Shown in pieces: positions 61,586-64,000 of a stretch of 64,000 nucleotides of DNA. The stretch's first letter is position 1, and the number at the start of each line of letters is the position of its first letter. The DNA comes from the human T2T-CHM13v2.0 reference genome, Homo sapiens. Location: assembly GCA_009914755.4 (NCBI GenBank), contig CP068257.2, positions 32,352,001 to 32,416,000 of the forward strand, given 5' to 3'. The notes under the pieces were generated by a model. That model did no database searches, had not been told where the DNA came from, and worked only from the letters and a program-made list of their open reading frames with translations. Both the position numbers and the translations under genes were made by a program.

Positions 61586-63379
61586 TTAATCTATCTGAGC
61601 CTCAGATTCCTACTTATTGAGGATAACAATCCACAAGACAGCATATGTAAAGTGTCTAGCTTATGGCCCGGCACAAAACAGGCCCATTGTAAATAGCGGT
61701 CTTTCTTCCAGTATGTTATATAGATCAAGTCGTTTCAATAGATGAATACTCTAAAAACTCAAATTTTATGGTAAACAGTTAAGAAAGTGAATCCACTGCC
61801 AGAAAATTATGTAAAGCACATTGCAAATTATATTTGGATTAGTTTCTCTTTGGATGATCCATGACAGGGTTTTCTGCTATTTGTGAAGATAGTTGAGAGT
61901 CAACAATCTTTCATTTTCACTCACATGTACCCAGAGCATCTCCCAAACACACAAATGCAAAGAATGGAATTTTCTCTCCAATTTCCAGATGAGGTATTTA
62001 TCTTTGCGGCTGAGCTAAAGGATAGCTTAAAATCGAATCTCATGCTAACACTACGGGCTCGACCAACTGTTCTTCTTAGTTTAAGTGATTTCTCTCATAA
62101 CTGAGCTGGGCGACGCAGTTTTATGACAAGGTTAGACAGCAGTAATTCATTCCTGTTGGTGTTGGCTGTGCAGGTGAGGCAGATGGCATGGCTTGTGCTT
62201 ATTTTGTTTGGATTAGAGAGCGCTGCACTCACTCAGAAGTCCTCAGTTGAGTCGCAGATCTGTGACTTAGTCACACTGTGACCTTGGGCGTGTGAGTTCA
62301 AACACGCCCTGGTTTCAGTTTCTTCTTCTGTACAATTAGGGCTTTAGACCAGGTGTTCTGGAGGTGTCTCGAACCCTAAATTCTATGATAGGGGTTTCTT
62401 TGCTGCTTCCTTTTCCCCTTATTTATTTATTATTTCAGTATTCATGTCTCAAATAATTTAAAAAAAAGAACAAAAGCATGTGTATGCACATAGTCATTAC
62501 TCTATTATTTTTCCATGGGGGGAAAAAAAGGAAATAGCCTAAGTGTCCAATATGACAGAAAAGGCTAAGTAAATGATAACAAATCAATCAATTTGGTGAA
62601 ATATTATCCAATGGTCAAAAGGGTTGTTTATGAAGCCTCCCTAGCAAAATGGGAAAATGTGTCTGTCTGATGTTAAATGAAAAAGACAGAAGATAAGTGA
62701 TCCCTCTGCCATGATAACAACACTCTAAAAAATACACAGAAATATGTGTGGATTCTAGAAGGGAGTGTGAGAAGTGGAAACAGTTGATACATTAAAAATA
62801 TGATGATTTTCTCACTTCTAGTGGGAGGAAGGAAGTGTTCAATATATTTCAGGTTTCCCTTTGGGTGTCTTGTTTTGTACATTTATCTAAGGTGGGCTAA
62901 TTGGGTTAGGTGCCTTAAGTGCTGGAAGGGGCTGGGGAATAGCTAACCTCAAGCAGGTTAGAGTCCAGTCCTTCTCTCTTCTGAGTCAAAGCTCCTTCCA
63001 TAATAAGAGAGGAAAATGATCAATGTGTTCCTCAAATAGATTGAGCTTTGCTTTTTATTTTCCTGCCTCCCTCCACTGCTACCTTCTCCTTCTCCTCCCT
63101 CCCTTCTCTCTCTCTCTCCGTTTTGTTTGTTGTTATTTACCTTTCCCCCAACACTTATTTTCCCATTGGAGAAAAATGTACATATAATGAAATGCACAGC
63201 TGTAACGCGTACAGTTCCCTGAGTTTTGATAAATGTATACACCCCTGTAATCAACCCTCCCATGAAGATCATCAAGATACAGAACATTCCTATCACCTCA
63301 GAAAGTTCTCTGTGTTCCTTTCCAGTAAATCACCTGCCCCCCAGACAACCAGTGTTCTGATCTCTATCAACACAGATTA

Positions 63380-63530
63380 GTTTTACCTGTTCTAGAACTT
63401 CATCTCAATGGAATCACATGGCTGGCCTCTTTTTTTTCGGTCTGGCTTCTTTGGCTCCACATTCTGTTTTTGAGATTCGTCTATCTTGTGTGTATCACAG
63501 CTCATTCTTTTTTATTCCTAGTTAGTATAT
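63380..63530 (-). mobile_element. L1 3'-end fragment (tentative)
   Basis: 'ggaatcacatggctggcctcttttttttcggtctggcttctttggctccacattctgtttttgagattcgtctatcttgtgtgtatcac...ttattcctagttagtatattcc' resembles the L1 antisense 3' motif 'ggaatcatacaatatgtggtcttttgtgactggcttctttcacttagcataatg...'. Confidence 0.4.
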
Positions 63531-63925
63531 TCCTGAATGATGGCTCCAAAGATATCCAGGTCTTAATCCTGGAAACTTTGAACGTTATGCTGCCAAAGAG
63601 ATTTTGCAGATGTCGACTGAATTAAAGATCTCGAGATGAAGGATTAGCTCGGATTATTCAGGTGGTCCCTAGATGTCATCACAAGTAAGAGGAAGGCCAA
63701 GGGAGATTGACTACAGAAGAAGAGTAGACAATGTGATCACAGAGGCAGAGACTGGAGGAGCGTAGGGGGCCGCCAGAAGACAGAAAGGCCAGGAAATGGA
63801 TTCTTTCCTAGAGCCCCCAGAGGGAACCAGCCCTGCCAACACCTTGACTTTAGCCCAGTGAAATTGAATTTAGACTTCTGACCTCTAGAACTGAAAAAGA
63901 ATAAATTCGTACTGTTTTTGTTGTT
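63530..63925 (+). mobile_element. MLT1-type MaLR LTR
   Basis: 'ccaaagatatccaggtcttaatcctggaaactttgaacgttatgctgccaaagagattttgcagatgtcgactgaattaaagatctcgagatgaaggattagctcggattattcaggtggtccctagatgtcatcacaagtaagaggaaggccaagggagattgactacagaag...ccagagggaaccagccctgccaacaccttgactttagcccagtgaaattgaatttagacttctgacctctagaactgaaaaagaataaattcgtactgtttt'. Confidence 0.7.
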
Positions 63926-63934
63926 GTTATTTGA

Positions 63935-64000
63935 GACAGAGCCTCCCAGGCCGGATGGAGTGCAGTGGTGTGATCTCAGCTCACTGTAACCTCTGCCTCC
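63935..64000 (-). mobile_element. Alu SINE (cut off by the window edge)
   Basis: 'ttatttgagacagagcctcccaggccggatggagtgcagtggtgtgatctcagctcactgtaacctctgcctcc' at the window end. Confidence 0.85.

Overview
This window is primate (human-like) nuclear DNA and consists almost entirely of interspersed repeats. I found no protein-coding exon, rRNA, tRNA, CRISPR array or prokaryotic-type operon that I can support from the sequence.

What is here:
- **Alu elements.** About 45 Alu SINEs on both strands, including several young AluY-like copies with intact target-site duplications (TSDs).
- **MaLR/ERVL solo LTRs.** Four THE1/MST-type LTRs all on the minus strand, MLT1-type LTRs, and at least five LTRs of two other ERVL-like families.
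- **L1 fragments.** Old LINE-1 pieces, all read as antisense on the plus strand.
- **DNA-transposon relics.** Several hAT/MITE-like elements (MER1-, MER5- and MER30-like).
- **Simple repeats.** Microsatellites including (CA)n, (GT)n and long (TATC)n arrays, one 175-bp polypurine/polypyrimidine tract, and a 560-bp degenerate CA/CCA minisatellite.

Nearly every long ORF in the six-frame track is a translation of Alu antisense sequence (the recurring '...[20 protein letters not shown]...' peptides) or of low-complexity repeats. I call no CDS.

Repeat family names are from memory. Coordinates are read by eye and may be off by about 10 bp.

The most interesting structures are repeat-biology events rather than a new gene system:
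- an unclassified ~140-bp dispersed element, one copy of which replaces ~25 bp inside an Alu;
- two separate cases of ~50-bp direct repeats flanking inserted blocks;
- nested Alu-in-Alu and Alu-in-LTR insertions with clean TSDs;
- an Alu inserted into a (TATC)n STR;
- a (TATC)n array expanded inside one LTR copy but absent from its paralogue in the same window.
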